This document shows, one piece after another, positions 15,011 to 27,400 of a DNA stretch of 64,000 nucleotides. The notes beneath the pieces were generated by a model. It did not search any database. It was not told the origin of the DNA and worked only from the letters and a program-made list of their open reading frames with translations. Source of the DNA: Nemertoderma westbladi (Eukaryota; Animalia; Xenacoelomorpha). Positions within the stretch are counted from its first letter, which is position 1; every line of letters begins with the position of its first letter. The stretch covers positions 186,001 through 250,000 of the forward strand of contig JAUCBJ010009103.1 in assembly GCA_032718475.1 (NCBI GenBank). Direction: 5' to 3'. Made by a program: the position numbers and the translations under genes.

Positions 15011-18000
15011 GACTACACTTCAGAAAATGTAGATTTTTACGTGTTTTTTCTAACCTTTTTTTTTGGTTTTAACTGTTTATAATTTCACTAAGATTTCCTA
15101 CCAACGCATAAACACCACAAATAAACCAATAAACTTTTAGATTTTTTAAATTTTCCCCAGTAATAAACACCCAATGTCGGCAGTGGGCTAAGCCCACCAT
15201 ATTAAAAGCAACTCTGTGGCTTATGAATTGTAATGTTACCATTTCTTAACAATTACAAACTGATCATCAGCTGTAACAAATACAAGCATAGAGAAACGCA
15301 TTCCTCTGCAGTATTCCTCAGGAAGATTCCTCTGCAGTTTTTGGATTTGATAAATTGTGATTTTTATTTATTTTTTATGAACTTTTACAAGGTAATGAAT
15401 GTTTTAAAGTGTGTGGTACAGTTTGATTATTGTTGGGTTAGGGTGGGTTTAGAATAGGATAAAGATTAGCTAACATTTCAAAGACAGAGACATAATCTAG
15501 AAGAGAAAAAATTTCCTTGGACAATGAATATTTGTTGTTGTTCTAATGTTTTTATTTTTGCTAATATTCATAGCTAACACATTTGTACATTTTCAAAAAA
15601 TTCTATATTTTTTTTAAAATTGCAGAGGTCTATGGAACTCTACCCAAATATAGTGAGGAGTCTCAATATTATAACTTTAATGCAGTCAAACCTTCCCTTA
15701 AATATTGCACATAGCAAAACTACAAGTCGACGGAAAATTTGTAGCTAACGTACCCGGAAACAGCACTGAGTTGAACAATTAGCCGATAAATTGGTAATAT
15801 GACGTGCTAATAAACAAACGAATTGCTGTCAAAGGTGATAATCACTCAATATTGAAGGAATTCTAAAATTGCAATAGTTGTAATTAGCTATAAACAATTA
15901 GGTGGATGTGGATGAAAGTCTATCATACGAAACAGCCATTACAAATTTAATTTAATATTCAATTATTGCAAAACTAACAGCAGTGTGTAGCAGAGTAAAT
16001 GTACGCATATGGAGTTCTAGAACACATTATTCTAGAACTCTATGTGAGAACGCGGGGGTAGACACAATGATAGAAAAGCCGTATCATAACTGCTTTTAGC
16101 ACGCTTTTTATGGTTAAATGAAAAAGTTGCTTTTTTGATAAACATCTTTATAGCATTCTCCCAAGTTGAATCCCTGTAATGTTTACTTTACTTCACTGCT
16201 ATTAATTAATTTTAGCAAATATTAATTGATAAAAATAGTAGTAACAGTGTTCATTTAATCTTTTAAAATATAAATATATATATATAGGCTTAAGAATACC
16301 AATATTATTACCTATGCGGACACCATATTATTTTTAATATCTACAAAAAAATTTATAATAGAGTTGAAAAATGCAGGAAGGAGGTATAAAAACTCGAGGA
16401 GGCCAAAATAGTTAATGTCAGGTTTTATTTTCAATAAGTTCAACCAGTTTCTAAATCTTATAAATCATTTTCCGAGCGAGAGACAATGTAAATGAACACT
16501 ATACTGCTACTTCTCTTGAATGGAGTAAAAATAGAGGCAACTATTTACACCCTAAATCTCTTACTTTATTTACGTCACAATGATAACACGAAATATAATT
16601 AACACAAAATAATATTCAACAGCACTTTTATGCTCAGCGCATAGAGGAGGAGCTAGGTTGGATGCGTGTGGCCATTAATACAACAACAAAGTGTGAATAG
16701 GGGGGGCATATTGACAACCTAATGAATATATAAGCACAATCAAAACATTTAGTGATTGCCTGATTATAATATTATGATAATTTTAATTAAGTAAGATAAT
16801 TCTGCACTATACTTATATATATACCAGTGTGAGGGAAGATTCTACCAGGTCGGTTTAACTAAATATTAAAGATTCCACCTTGATTATAAACTGTTGAAAC
16901 AATCCCGATGTATTTTAAAAATAATTGAATATTTACTGAAATTATAGTCGCATAACGGCAATAAAGGGATTGAATTGAAACAATCGAATAATTTATTATA
17001 AATATGAAACGTCGGAGTTATTGGAAGTTAAGGGGCGTTTTATTGTATCGGGATTGTGACAAGGGATTTAATTGCCAAAGCAGTGGAATGTTTGAGACAC
17101 ACGTGTGAGTCACTCACTAATACTCACAACTAAGTCGATAGTCGAATGATAATTAATTACTGCGCTTAAATTAACAAAATGCTCTACACTATTATAATAA
17201 GCTACAATAACATACAATAAATACAAATAATAATGCAAAAACCCATATTATTAAACAGCTCAAGATTAAAGAGGCACACTTTGAGCTGATTAAAACCTAA
17301 ATAAAATATTAAACAAAAGGATTTAGTCGCACCTGGAATTAGCAAAAAAAAACGCAGAATATTGTTAAACAACAAGGAGTGAGGACAGGGGGGGGGGGGG
17401 GGGGGGAGTGTTAATAGCACTAAAGGGTAATAACAAACCATGGGAGATGGCAGTTAAATGGGCGGTAAATTGTCCATTAGGGCTTAAGATAAATACTAAC
17501 AACACAACCTGATTGGCTCCACGGATCAACCAATCACGGAGGGACTACAAATAGAACACATTCAACCGCATACCTAAAACTAGAATAAAGATAATAATTT
17601 ATTATTTATTGTGTGGTAAACAATAATAAACGGATAGTATTATGCATATTGGACACATCAACTTATTTACTATATAAGTTTAATAACCCAATTAATTAGG
17701 GTCAACATTTAAAAGTGAAATAAAATAAATGCAATAATATATGGAGGACTACTAAGCACAGATTCAAATATTGGAACAAAAAAATGCACCGAGGCACAAA
17801 ATGATACGAAAACAGCAGTGAGCTCACTATTTATTACAACAACATCACGAATTATCGCACACGGTATAATAACTCATCTGTTGTCGAATGCAACACCTAT
17901 TGCATTTATGGAAGGTGGTTTGAGAAGTTGTAACTAAGATGTGTTTCATCGCAGACTCTACGGGGTCTGTCGGGCTGTTTGCAATATAATAAGGGGTGAT

Positions 18001-18155
18001 GGACGGCGGGAAATTCAAACAGGAACGCGGTAAGTACTAATAGCACCTGTCTCTGCTATATCTGCGAGTTTTGGCAAAATAACAATTGAAGAAACTCAAA
18101 TATTCGAAAAGCTCTGATTATTTTCAGCATTCCGCGTCGTACCGCTAGTGGGCGT

Positions 18156-18470
18156 TTAGAAGCCGTCCCCCCCGAGGAGATTATCAGGCAGCAGACTAGG
18201 GGGGAACAGGTTGCCGCCGGAGTGGATGTTAAAGTCCCCGGTGCCGCCGCCGAACAGCGCGGACGTGTCTGCGGCCCCGAACTGGGACGAACTGACAGCG
18301 CCCCCTGGCGGCTGCGACTGGCCCCATTGCATATTCCCGCCGCCTCCGTTGTTGGCGGGGGGCCATTGGCTCGAGTCGCCAGCGCCACCTTGCGGTTTGA
18401 ACCTCGGCTGTTGGTGGTTCTGATTTGTCCCCTGGAGGGCGGGGTTACCCCAAGACGCCATCGAAGGATT
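18156..18470 (-). CDS. GW182: GW182 last coding exon (C-terminal silencing region, NPSMASWG...[12 protein letters not shown])
   Basis: Acceptor TTATTTCTAG ends at 18471, phase 0, WG motifs, stop at 18156-18158. Confidence 0.9.
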   Translation of the reverse strand, partial: NPSMASWGNPALQGTNQNHQQPRFKPQGGAGDSSQWPPANNGGGGNMQWGQSQPPGGAVSSSQFGAADTSALFGGGTGDFNIHSGGNLFPPSLLPDNLLGGDGF

Positions 18471-21400
18471 CTAGAAATAAATTATATTTATTTTAAAGTA
18501 GTTATAAGTAAGTAGAAAGTAAATAGTAATAATTACTAATGATTTGTGATGTAATGATTTTTTTTGTGTACTGTACTAGGGTATTAAGTGCACTATATAT
18601 ACAAAAATGTTAAACTATTGCTGATGCTATGACCTCGTCTTTACTTCGCCAGCAGTGCCCACTGAATCTTAATCTGCGTTCACGGGGTGGTTGATACAGG
18701 TGGTATTGTACCATAAAGCTCAGCGTTTGTCATGTGTTGTTTCCAGCTGATGTTTAGGGCTACCCTTAGTAGTCTTGTGTAGCAACCATCAATTCGTTGT
18801 TCAAGTGATTTAGTCAGTGACCAGGTCTCACCCCCGTATAAAAATACACTTTCCACTGTGGCTCGAATGAACTTAGTCTCCAGGTGCCTGGAGAGATCTG
18901 ATTTCCAGATGGTATCCATTTTTGATAGAGCTACCCAAGCCTTTGCTTTCCTAACTTCTATGTCCTTTCTGCTACTCTCTATCCATGATCCAAAGTACTG
19001 GAAGTCGTCGACCTTCCTTAGTTGATTATTATCAATGGTTGTCAAGTTTCCATCAACATTAAAGGTCATGAATTCGGTCTTGGTAGCATTTATATGCAAT
19101 CCAACCCCCTTAGCAGCCCTCTCCACTTTATTTAGTAGAAGCTGTGCATCTGCTAGCGTATTAGAGAGCAGGGCGATGTCATCCGCAAAGTCGGTGTCTA
19201 TGACTGTAGTTGCCGGATATCTACTACTTCTGCGTTCTTGAAGTGTGAATCCCAGATCTTCACCCTTTGTGGCCGTCCTCATTGCGTAATCCAGCACAAT
19301 TACAAATAGTAATGGTGCTAATGTGTCACCTTGCAGTACGCCAGCCAGGATTGAGAAAAACTCAGTTTCACCATCTGGTGAGAGTACCTGCGCTTCTGTG
19401 TCACAATATAACAATCCAATGCCAGCAACAATTACTTTTGGTATTCCATAAGCTCTTAGCATTTCAAGCATTTTACCTCTATGGATGGAGTCGAATGCCT
19501 TCTTGAAGTCCACAAAAGTCATGACTGCGGGGAGATTCTTTGACTTAATTCCCTCAATCAGTCTCCGTAGTGCAAGTATCTGAGCTATTGTTGATCTACT
19601 TGGTCGAAATCCGTTTTGGCTCTTACGCAGTAGTTTCTCTATGTGAGGCCTAATCCTATATAGAATCATTTTATTGTATATTTTGGCAGCTACCACAAGC
19701 AGACAGATCCCACGATAGTTTGTTGGTACGCCGAGGTCTCCTTTCTTGGGGAGAGGCTTTAGTTGACCTTTAGTCAAAATTGGTGGTGGCTTTTCCCCTT
19801 TTAACATCCGGTTGCAAACATTCAATAATGGTCTGTTTAGCACTCCGGTTTTCCATACCTCCGCTGGGATTTCATCTAATCCACTCGCTTTATTATTGGA
19901 CATGCTTTTAATGCTTCTTTGGAGTTCGGCAGGGGTGAAGTCCACTGTTTCTATAGGTAGTGTCTTGTCATATATTTTCCTTGTAGGGCTGACATCGATG
20001 TTTGGTGGCTGCCCAAGCAAGTTGCTGAAGTGATTTTTCCACTTCCCCACACGTTCTTCAGGACTATCGGCTTTGAGGCGCCCCTTTTCACAACTTTTCC
20101 GACCAGATACCTCATTTACAGTTTGCCAGGTAAGTCTTGATTGTTGCTGTATGTGAGCAGTTGTAATTACCTCAATCTTGTCCTGTATGTACTTTTCCTG
20201 GCTGATGTTGTAGGCCAATTTAAGATCGTCCTTCTTTCTCAACCATGTTAATGTTTTCGGTTTTCGGTTGTTCGGTTTTAACTTTGTTGGCTATCTTAAG
20301 ATCTTCTCTCTTACAAGTAACCTCAGAGTTTTGCCATGGCACATAATGTTTTAGTTTGGGTTTCTGGGGGATGTGCCTCTTAGCTGATTCTTTGTGGGCT
20401 TTTATTATATTCTGGTATATTGATTCGGTGGACTGGTTTTCATCCATTGACTGAAGTGCTTCAAAGCGGTTTTGAACTTCTACTGTGTAAGCATCCTTTA
20501 CAGCATTGTCAGTTCTATTGCTGATATACTTAAAGTATTTATTGTACACAAGTACAGTAAATAAAATTGACTATATTTACCGCCCCTCCCGAAAATCGAG
20601 GGAACAGAAAGTAAATAAAGTGCTTTACTTTATTTACTTTTTCAACGTACTTCATTCGACGTGATTATATCTTACGATCTCTGCTTAGGAACTAAACCTC
20701 AACTACTAACTCAGACAGAAGGTTGTAAGGGATTCTTACAGTGCAGCACTATAGAACACTGCATGTAGTGGATTGCAGTGCTTTTAAGGATAATTATAAG
20801 TAATTAATAAATTAATTTCAAAAAATATAAATTGTTTATTAAAAATAACAAAAAAAAATACCGGCTTTAAATTAGTAAGGAGTAATAATTAATAATTGTT
20901 TAGGGATATCGTGTGCCACACTTAAGCTATCTATTGGATTAGGTTTTACAACTGACACTAAAATGTGACGGTATTTACCTGAGGCTGGGAATTCAACTCA
21001 AATGTTCTGAATTCTTGTTCGCTCGCTAACTCAGCTACTATCGTTGTGTTGCTGAGAACGCACATGTTGAGACTGCGCTGTGCTTTTATTGCATCGTCCT
21101 TGCTATTGTAACGGATCATGGCTATTCCACAGGATAGATTTACTATAAAGGCCAGCAGAGGGCCGTGTTGCATACACAATGTACGGAGTGTTGACCCATC
21201 AATCTGGAAACATTTTAGAAATTGCATTAAAAATTAATAATAGTTTTAAATAATATATGAAATACAAAATTGTGCAGCAATAAAAGTATAATTAACCAGA
21301 AAATTCCAACAAAAAATAGACAATTTAAAAAATGCACAATCCTATAACAAACCCTTTTTAATTGCAATGCTCCAGCAATTGGTTAATAAAAACAACTTAA

Positions 21401-24400
21401 TGTACCAAACCAGATTGAGTTTTAACCCATAAAGCCTAACTCGGCTTGAGCAAACCTCACCCAAAGGAAATGGTTTAATTATATACCTCTAATGACGACT
21501 GAATGAAATATATCGTTTTGGGAAACCCCAAATCGCAAGCAGTGCTTTTATAGAGGATAACTTATAATTATTTTGTATTGATATACTTTAAATTTCGCAA
21601 TGTGGGTTCGAACCAGTGCCCGCTAGATTGGGAGTCAGGCGCTCTAACCATTCTGACACAAGGACAACGAGTAAGTTAGATACTATAACTTGATATATAA
21701 GTTTATTTTATTACTATCTTAACTATTTGCGATGACTGCACCATTGCGTTTTATCATTCTCTCTCTGAAAGTAATGAACTGGTTATTTAGTGTTACACCT
21801 GAGACACAATGGTCTCTACTTAACTGATACATCTAATAACCAACCTGTTGAGTAATATTCCTTAACACAAGGATAGCCGAGGCTTGATTCTGATTGGTCT
21901 GTTGTAAACCGGCCATCTGCTGTTGATTGGCTGGGAAGCCGCGGGGGAATGTTTGCTGACCGTAGCCGGCGTTGGTTGGTTGGGAGGCCCAAGTCCGCTG
22001 CGGAACTCCGCCCCCACGTGACACAAACTGCTGCGACTGTCCCATCAGCTGTTGGTGTTTTGATTGGTTGATTGCGAGGGATGGGTTCCAATTCATTTCG
22101 TTGTTAATCGACGGGTCATTCCAATTGTTTGAACCCGACTGAAAAGTGAAAAACGAAACTCACATCTTGAGAACCAACGTTATAAATATTGTTTCCAATA
22201 GCGACAGGCAGGAGAGAGAGAGAGAGAGAGAGAGAGAGGGAACTTTGACGCAAATTCCATCTCGGTGAATTAATATATCGTCTCAATGTTAAATTATCAG
22301 TTAAAGGAAAGGAACACGTTACAGTGACTCGTCATTTTAACCAAAACAATAAACAAGAGTCAATAGAACAGGTTACAGTAATATTTTGGGAGTAATCAGC
22401 TGTTACGTGCGTCACTTTTCCCCTGGAGAGGGATGTAACGAACATAACTATATTTGTTTCTGTTTGCCACCATGAAGCTTAATGTTATAGTTCCCTATGA
22501 ATATAATGAACCCACCTTATTGACCTTGTTTCCTGCACTCATACGATTAATATCATTGGTTAGATGCAACAGGTCCCGCTCGCTAATCTTATTTAGACTG
22601 AGATGATTCTGCGCCTGTCCCGGCGTCATCTCGGGATCGTTGGAGTAATCCTTGACGCAGCCCTCCCACGGAACCCCGGGCCGGAACTCGGGGGGACCGA
22701 TCTTACTCAAGGCCTCCGGGGTCAACGCGGCCATCCCGCTGCTCATCGAGGCCTTGGCGTCGACGCCGCCGGCGAGGCTGTTGGCGATACTCGCGGACAT
22801 CCCGCCGACTCCGAAAACATCGTCGACGAGAGGAGACTTCATGGAGCCGTTGGAGTTGGAACTCGAACTGAAATTCAACCACAAAAAGAATGGTTAACAG
22901 GAGGATTCTCGAGAAAAAAAAACAGCCAATCAAAAGGTTCCCTCTTATTATAATAGAGTAAATGTTTCTGTAAAACAATGGAAACTTTATGGACCTGACT
23001 GTGTTTTAAACCACATTGACTGAAAAGCAGCTTAAAACATATCCTAAACACTAGCTACTCCCATATCCTACACACAAACTACTCCCATCCCATCAATATA
23101 ATTACAGTACCCAATATACTAACCTCCTACTCAAGTAGGACCGCAATCGACTTTGTTGCGTCATATCGCCGCCTCCCCCGGTACCAGAGACACCCATCTG
23201 GTTGGCTGTGTGTTGCGGGTATCCGCCCGATTGGACTCCACCGCCGCCCAACATCTGTCCCCCGCCGCCCAACATCTGCCCCCCGCCGCCCAACATCTGT
23301 CCCCCGCCGCCCATCATCTGTCCCCCGCCGCCCAACATCTGTCCTCCGCCGCGCATCATCTGCGCCCCAAACTGCTGCTGAGTGGCGGTCATGTCCAGTT
23401 GGGCGGGTTTCTTGGTGGTAGGGAGGGCTCCCCCTCCCATGGATGCCCCCTGGAGGGCGCCCCCTCCCATGGGTGCCCCCTGGGGGGCCCCCGCCGACCC
23501 GGACAATAGTTCGCGCTGCAGTTCGTGTTGCAGTTTGTTCATCTGGAACCGGATCTGTTCGATCTGCGTTGTCACGGTTTGGTACTCCCGCTGCAACAGC
23601 TGTTGCTGCTGCCGATTGCGGCAAGTCGCAATCTGCAATAAAATAGTTTTGCGGTGAATCAGCTGTTAAATAGTCTTTCAGATAAGTGAAAATATGTCAA
23701 ATTAAGCGAAACATAATAGTAAAACATAGAATAAAGTTAGAGGAAAGAAGACTGAAGACTCCACTCTACCGGAGGCAACCCGAAGGCTCCTCTCTACCGC
23801 AGGCAACCCAAAGGCTCCTCTCTAATGGAGGTAACACGAAGGCCCCTCTCTACCGGAGACAACCCGAAGGCGCCTCTCTACCGCAGACAACCCAAAGGCT
23901 CCTCCCCGCCGGAGGCAAAACCAAACTACCGCAGACAACCCAAAGGCTCCTCTCCGCCGGAGGCAAAACCAAAGGCTCCTCTCTACCGGAGGCAACCCGA
24001 AGGCTCCTCTCTACCGGAGGCAAAACCAAAGGTTCCTCTCTACCGGAGGCTAGCCGAAGGATCCTCTCTACCGGAGGAAACCCGAAGGCTCCTCTCTACC
24101 GGAGACAAAACCGAAGGCTCCTCTCTACCGGAGGCAAAACCAAAGGCTCCACTCAACCGAAGGCAACCTGAAGGCTCCTCTCTACCGGAGGCAACCCGAA
24201 GGCTCCTCTTTACCGGAGGCAAAACCAAAGGCTCCTCTCTACCGGAGGCTAACCGAAGGATCCTCTCTACCGGAGGCAACCCGAAGGCTCCTCTCTACCG
24301 GAGGCAAAACCGAAGGCTCCTCTCTACCGGAGGCAAAACCAAACTCTACCGCAGACAACCCAAAGGTTCCTCTCCGCCGGAGGCAAAACCAAACTCTACC

Positions 24401-27400
24401 GCAGACAACCCAAAGGTTCCTCTCCGCCGGAGGCAAAACCAAAGGCTCCTCTCTACCGGAGGCAAAACCAAACTCTACCGCAGACAACCCAAAGGCTCCT
24501 CCCCGCCGGAGGCAAAACCAAACTACCGCAGACAACCCAAAGGCTCCTCTCCGCCGGAGGCAAAACCAAAGGCTCCTCTCTACCGGAGGCAACCCGAAGG
24601 CTCCTTTCTACCGGAGGCAAAACCAAAGGCTCCTCTCTACCGGAGGCTAGCCGAAGGATCCTCTCTACCGGAGGCAACCCGAAGGCTCCTCTCTACCGGA
24701 GGCAAAACCGAAGGCTCCTCTCTAGCGGAGGCAAAACCAAAGGCTCCACTCTACCGCAGACAACCCAAAGGCTCCTCCCCGCCGGAGGCAAAACCAAACT
24801 ACCGCAGACAACCCAAAGGCTCCTCTCCGCCGGAGGCAAAACCAAAGTCTCATCTCTACCGGAGACAACCCAAAGGCTCCTCTCTACCGGAGGCAACCCA
24901 AGGGCTCCTCTCTATAGGAGTGAATCCAAAGGCTCCCCTCTACCAGAGGCAACCCGAAGGCTCCTCTCTACCGGAGACAACCAGAAGGATCCTCTCTACC
25001 AGAGGCAACCTGTAGGTTACTCTCTACAGGAGGAAACCCTAAGCCTCATCTCTATAGGTGGCAACCCGAAGGCCCCTCTCTACCGGAGGCAACCCAAAGG
25101 CCCCTCCCTATAGGAGTGAATCCGAAGGCTCCCCTCTGCTGGAGGCAACCCAAAGGCTCCTCTCTACCAGAGGCAACCCAAAGGCCCCTCTCTATAGGAG
25201 TGAACCCGAAGGCTCCTCTCTACCAGAGGCAACCCAAAGGCCCCTCTCTGTAGGAGTGAATCCAAAGGCTCCCCTCTGCCGGAGGCAACCCAAAGGCTCC
25301 TCTCTACCAGAGGCAACCCGAAGGCTCCTCTCTACCGGAGACAACCCGAAGGCTCCTCTCGACCGGAGGCAACACAAAGGCTCATCTCTATCAGAGGCAA
25401 CCCAAAGACTCCTCTCTATCAGAAGCAACCCAAAGGCTCCTCTCTACAGGAGGCAACCAGAAGGCTCCTCTCTACCAGAAGCAACCCGAAGGCTCCTCTC
25501 TACATGAGGCAACCAGAAGGCACCTCTCTACCAGAGGCAACCCAAAGACTCCTCTCTACCAGAGGCAACCTGAAGGTTCCTCTCTAATGGAGGCAACCGA
25601 AGGCTCCTCTCCACCGGAGACAACCCGAAAGCTCCTCTCTACCGGAGGCAACCCAAAGGCCCCGCTCTATAGGAGTCAACCTGAAGGCTCCTCTCTACAG
25701 GAGGCAACCAGAAGGATCCTCTCTACCAGAGGCAACCCGAAGGCTCCTCTCTACCAGAGTCAACCCGAAGGCTCCTCTCTACCAGAGGCAACCCAAAGGC
25801 CCCTCTCGATATGAGTCAACCTGAAGGCTCCTCTCTACCGGAGGCAACCCGAAGGCTCCTCTCTACCAGAGGCAACCCGAAGGCTCCTCTCTACCACAGT
25901 CAACCCGATGGCTCCAATCTACCAGAGGCAACCCAAAGGCCCCTCTCTATAGGAGTCAACCTGAAGGCTCCTCTCTACAGGAGGCAACCAGAAGGATCCT
26001 CTCTACCAGAGGCAACCCGAAGGCTCCTCTCTACCAGAAGCAACCCGAAGGCTCCTCTCTACAGGAGGCAACCAGAAGGATCCTCTCTACCAGAGGCAAC
26101 CCGAAGGCTCCTCTCTACCAGAGTCAACCCGAAGGCTCCTCTCTACCAGAGGCAACCCAAAGGCCCCTCTCGATATGAGTCAACCTGAAGGCTCCTCTCT
26201 ACCGGAGGCAACCCGAAGGCTCCTCTCTACCAGAGGCAACCCGAAGGCTCCTCTCTACCAGAGACAACCCGAAGGCTCCTCTCTACAGGAGGCAACCAGA
26301 AGGATCCTCTCTACCAGAGGCAACCCGAAGGCTCCTCTCTACCAGAGTCAACCCGAAGGCTCCTCTCTACCAGAGGCAACCCAAAGGCCCCTCTCGATAT
26401 GAGTCAACCTGAAGGCTCCTCTCTACTGGAGGCAACCCGAAGGCTCCTCTCTACCAGAGGCAACCAGAAGGATCCTCTCTACCAGAGGCAACCCGAAGGC
26501 TCCTCTCTACCAGAAGCAACCCGAAGGCTCCTCTCTACCAGAGTCAACCCGAAGGCTCCTCTCTACCATAGGCAACCCAAAGGCCCCTCTCGATATGAGT
26601 CAACCTGAAGGCTCCTCTCTACCGGAGGCAACCCGAAGGCTCCTCTCTACCAGAGGCAACCCGAAGGCTCCTCTCTACCAGAGACAACCCGAAGGCTCCT
26701 CTCTACAGGAGGCAACCAGAAGGATCCTCTCTACCAGAGGCAACCCGAAGGCTCCTCTCTACCAGAGTCAACCCGAAGGCTCCTCTCTACCAGAGGCAAC
26801 CCAAAGGCCCCTCTCGATATGAGTCAACCTGAAGGCTCCTCTCTACCGGAGGCAACCCGAAGGCTCCTCTCTACCAGAGGCAACCCGAAGGATCCTCTCT
26901 ACCAGAGGCAACCCGAAGGTTCCTCTCTACCAGAGGCAACCCGAAGGCTCCTCTCTACCAGAGGCAACCCAAAGGCCCCTCTCTGTAGGAGTGAATCCGA
27001 AGGCTCCCCTCTGCCGGAGGCAACCCAAAGGCTCCTCTCTACCAGAGGCAACCCGAAGGCCCCTCTCTGTAGGAGTGAACCCGAAGGCTCCTCTCTACCA
27101 GAGGCAACCCAAAGGCCCCTCTCTGTAGGAGTGAATCCGAAGGCTCCCCTCTGCCGGAGGCAACCCAAAGGCTCCTCTCTATCAGAGGCAACCCAAAGAC
27201 TCCTCTCTACCAGAAGCAACCCAAAGGCTCCTCTCTACAGGAGGCAACCCGTAGGCTCCTCTCTACCAGAGGCAACCCGAAGGCTCCTCTCTACAGGAGG
27301 CAACCAGAAGGATCCTCTCTAAAGTACTAACAAATGTGGATTAATATTACAATAAAATACATTAAGTGCGATGCAAATAGAGTAAATCGTACCTGTTGTT

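Noticed and set aside
21600-21662. Functional tRNA gene
   Set aside because: A and B boxes are present but there is no pairing acceptor stem, so I treat it as a SINE head or relic.
23686-27322. Multiple Pro/Arg/Ser-rich ORFs up to 396 aa
   Set aside because: All are frames of the 28-bp minisatellite; the 28-aa periodicity cycles through the three frames.
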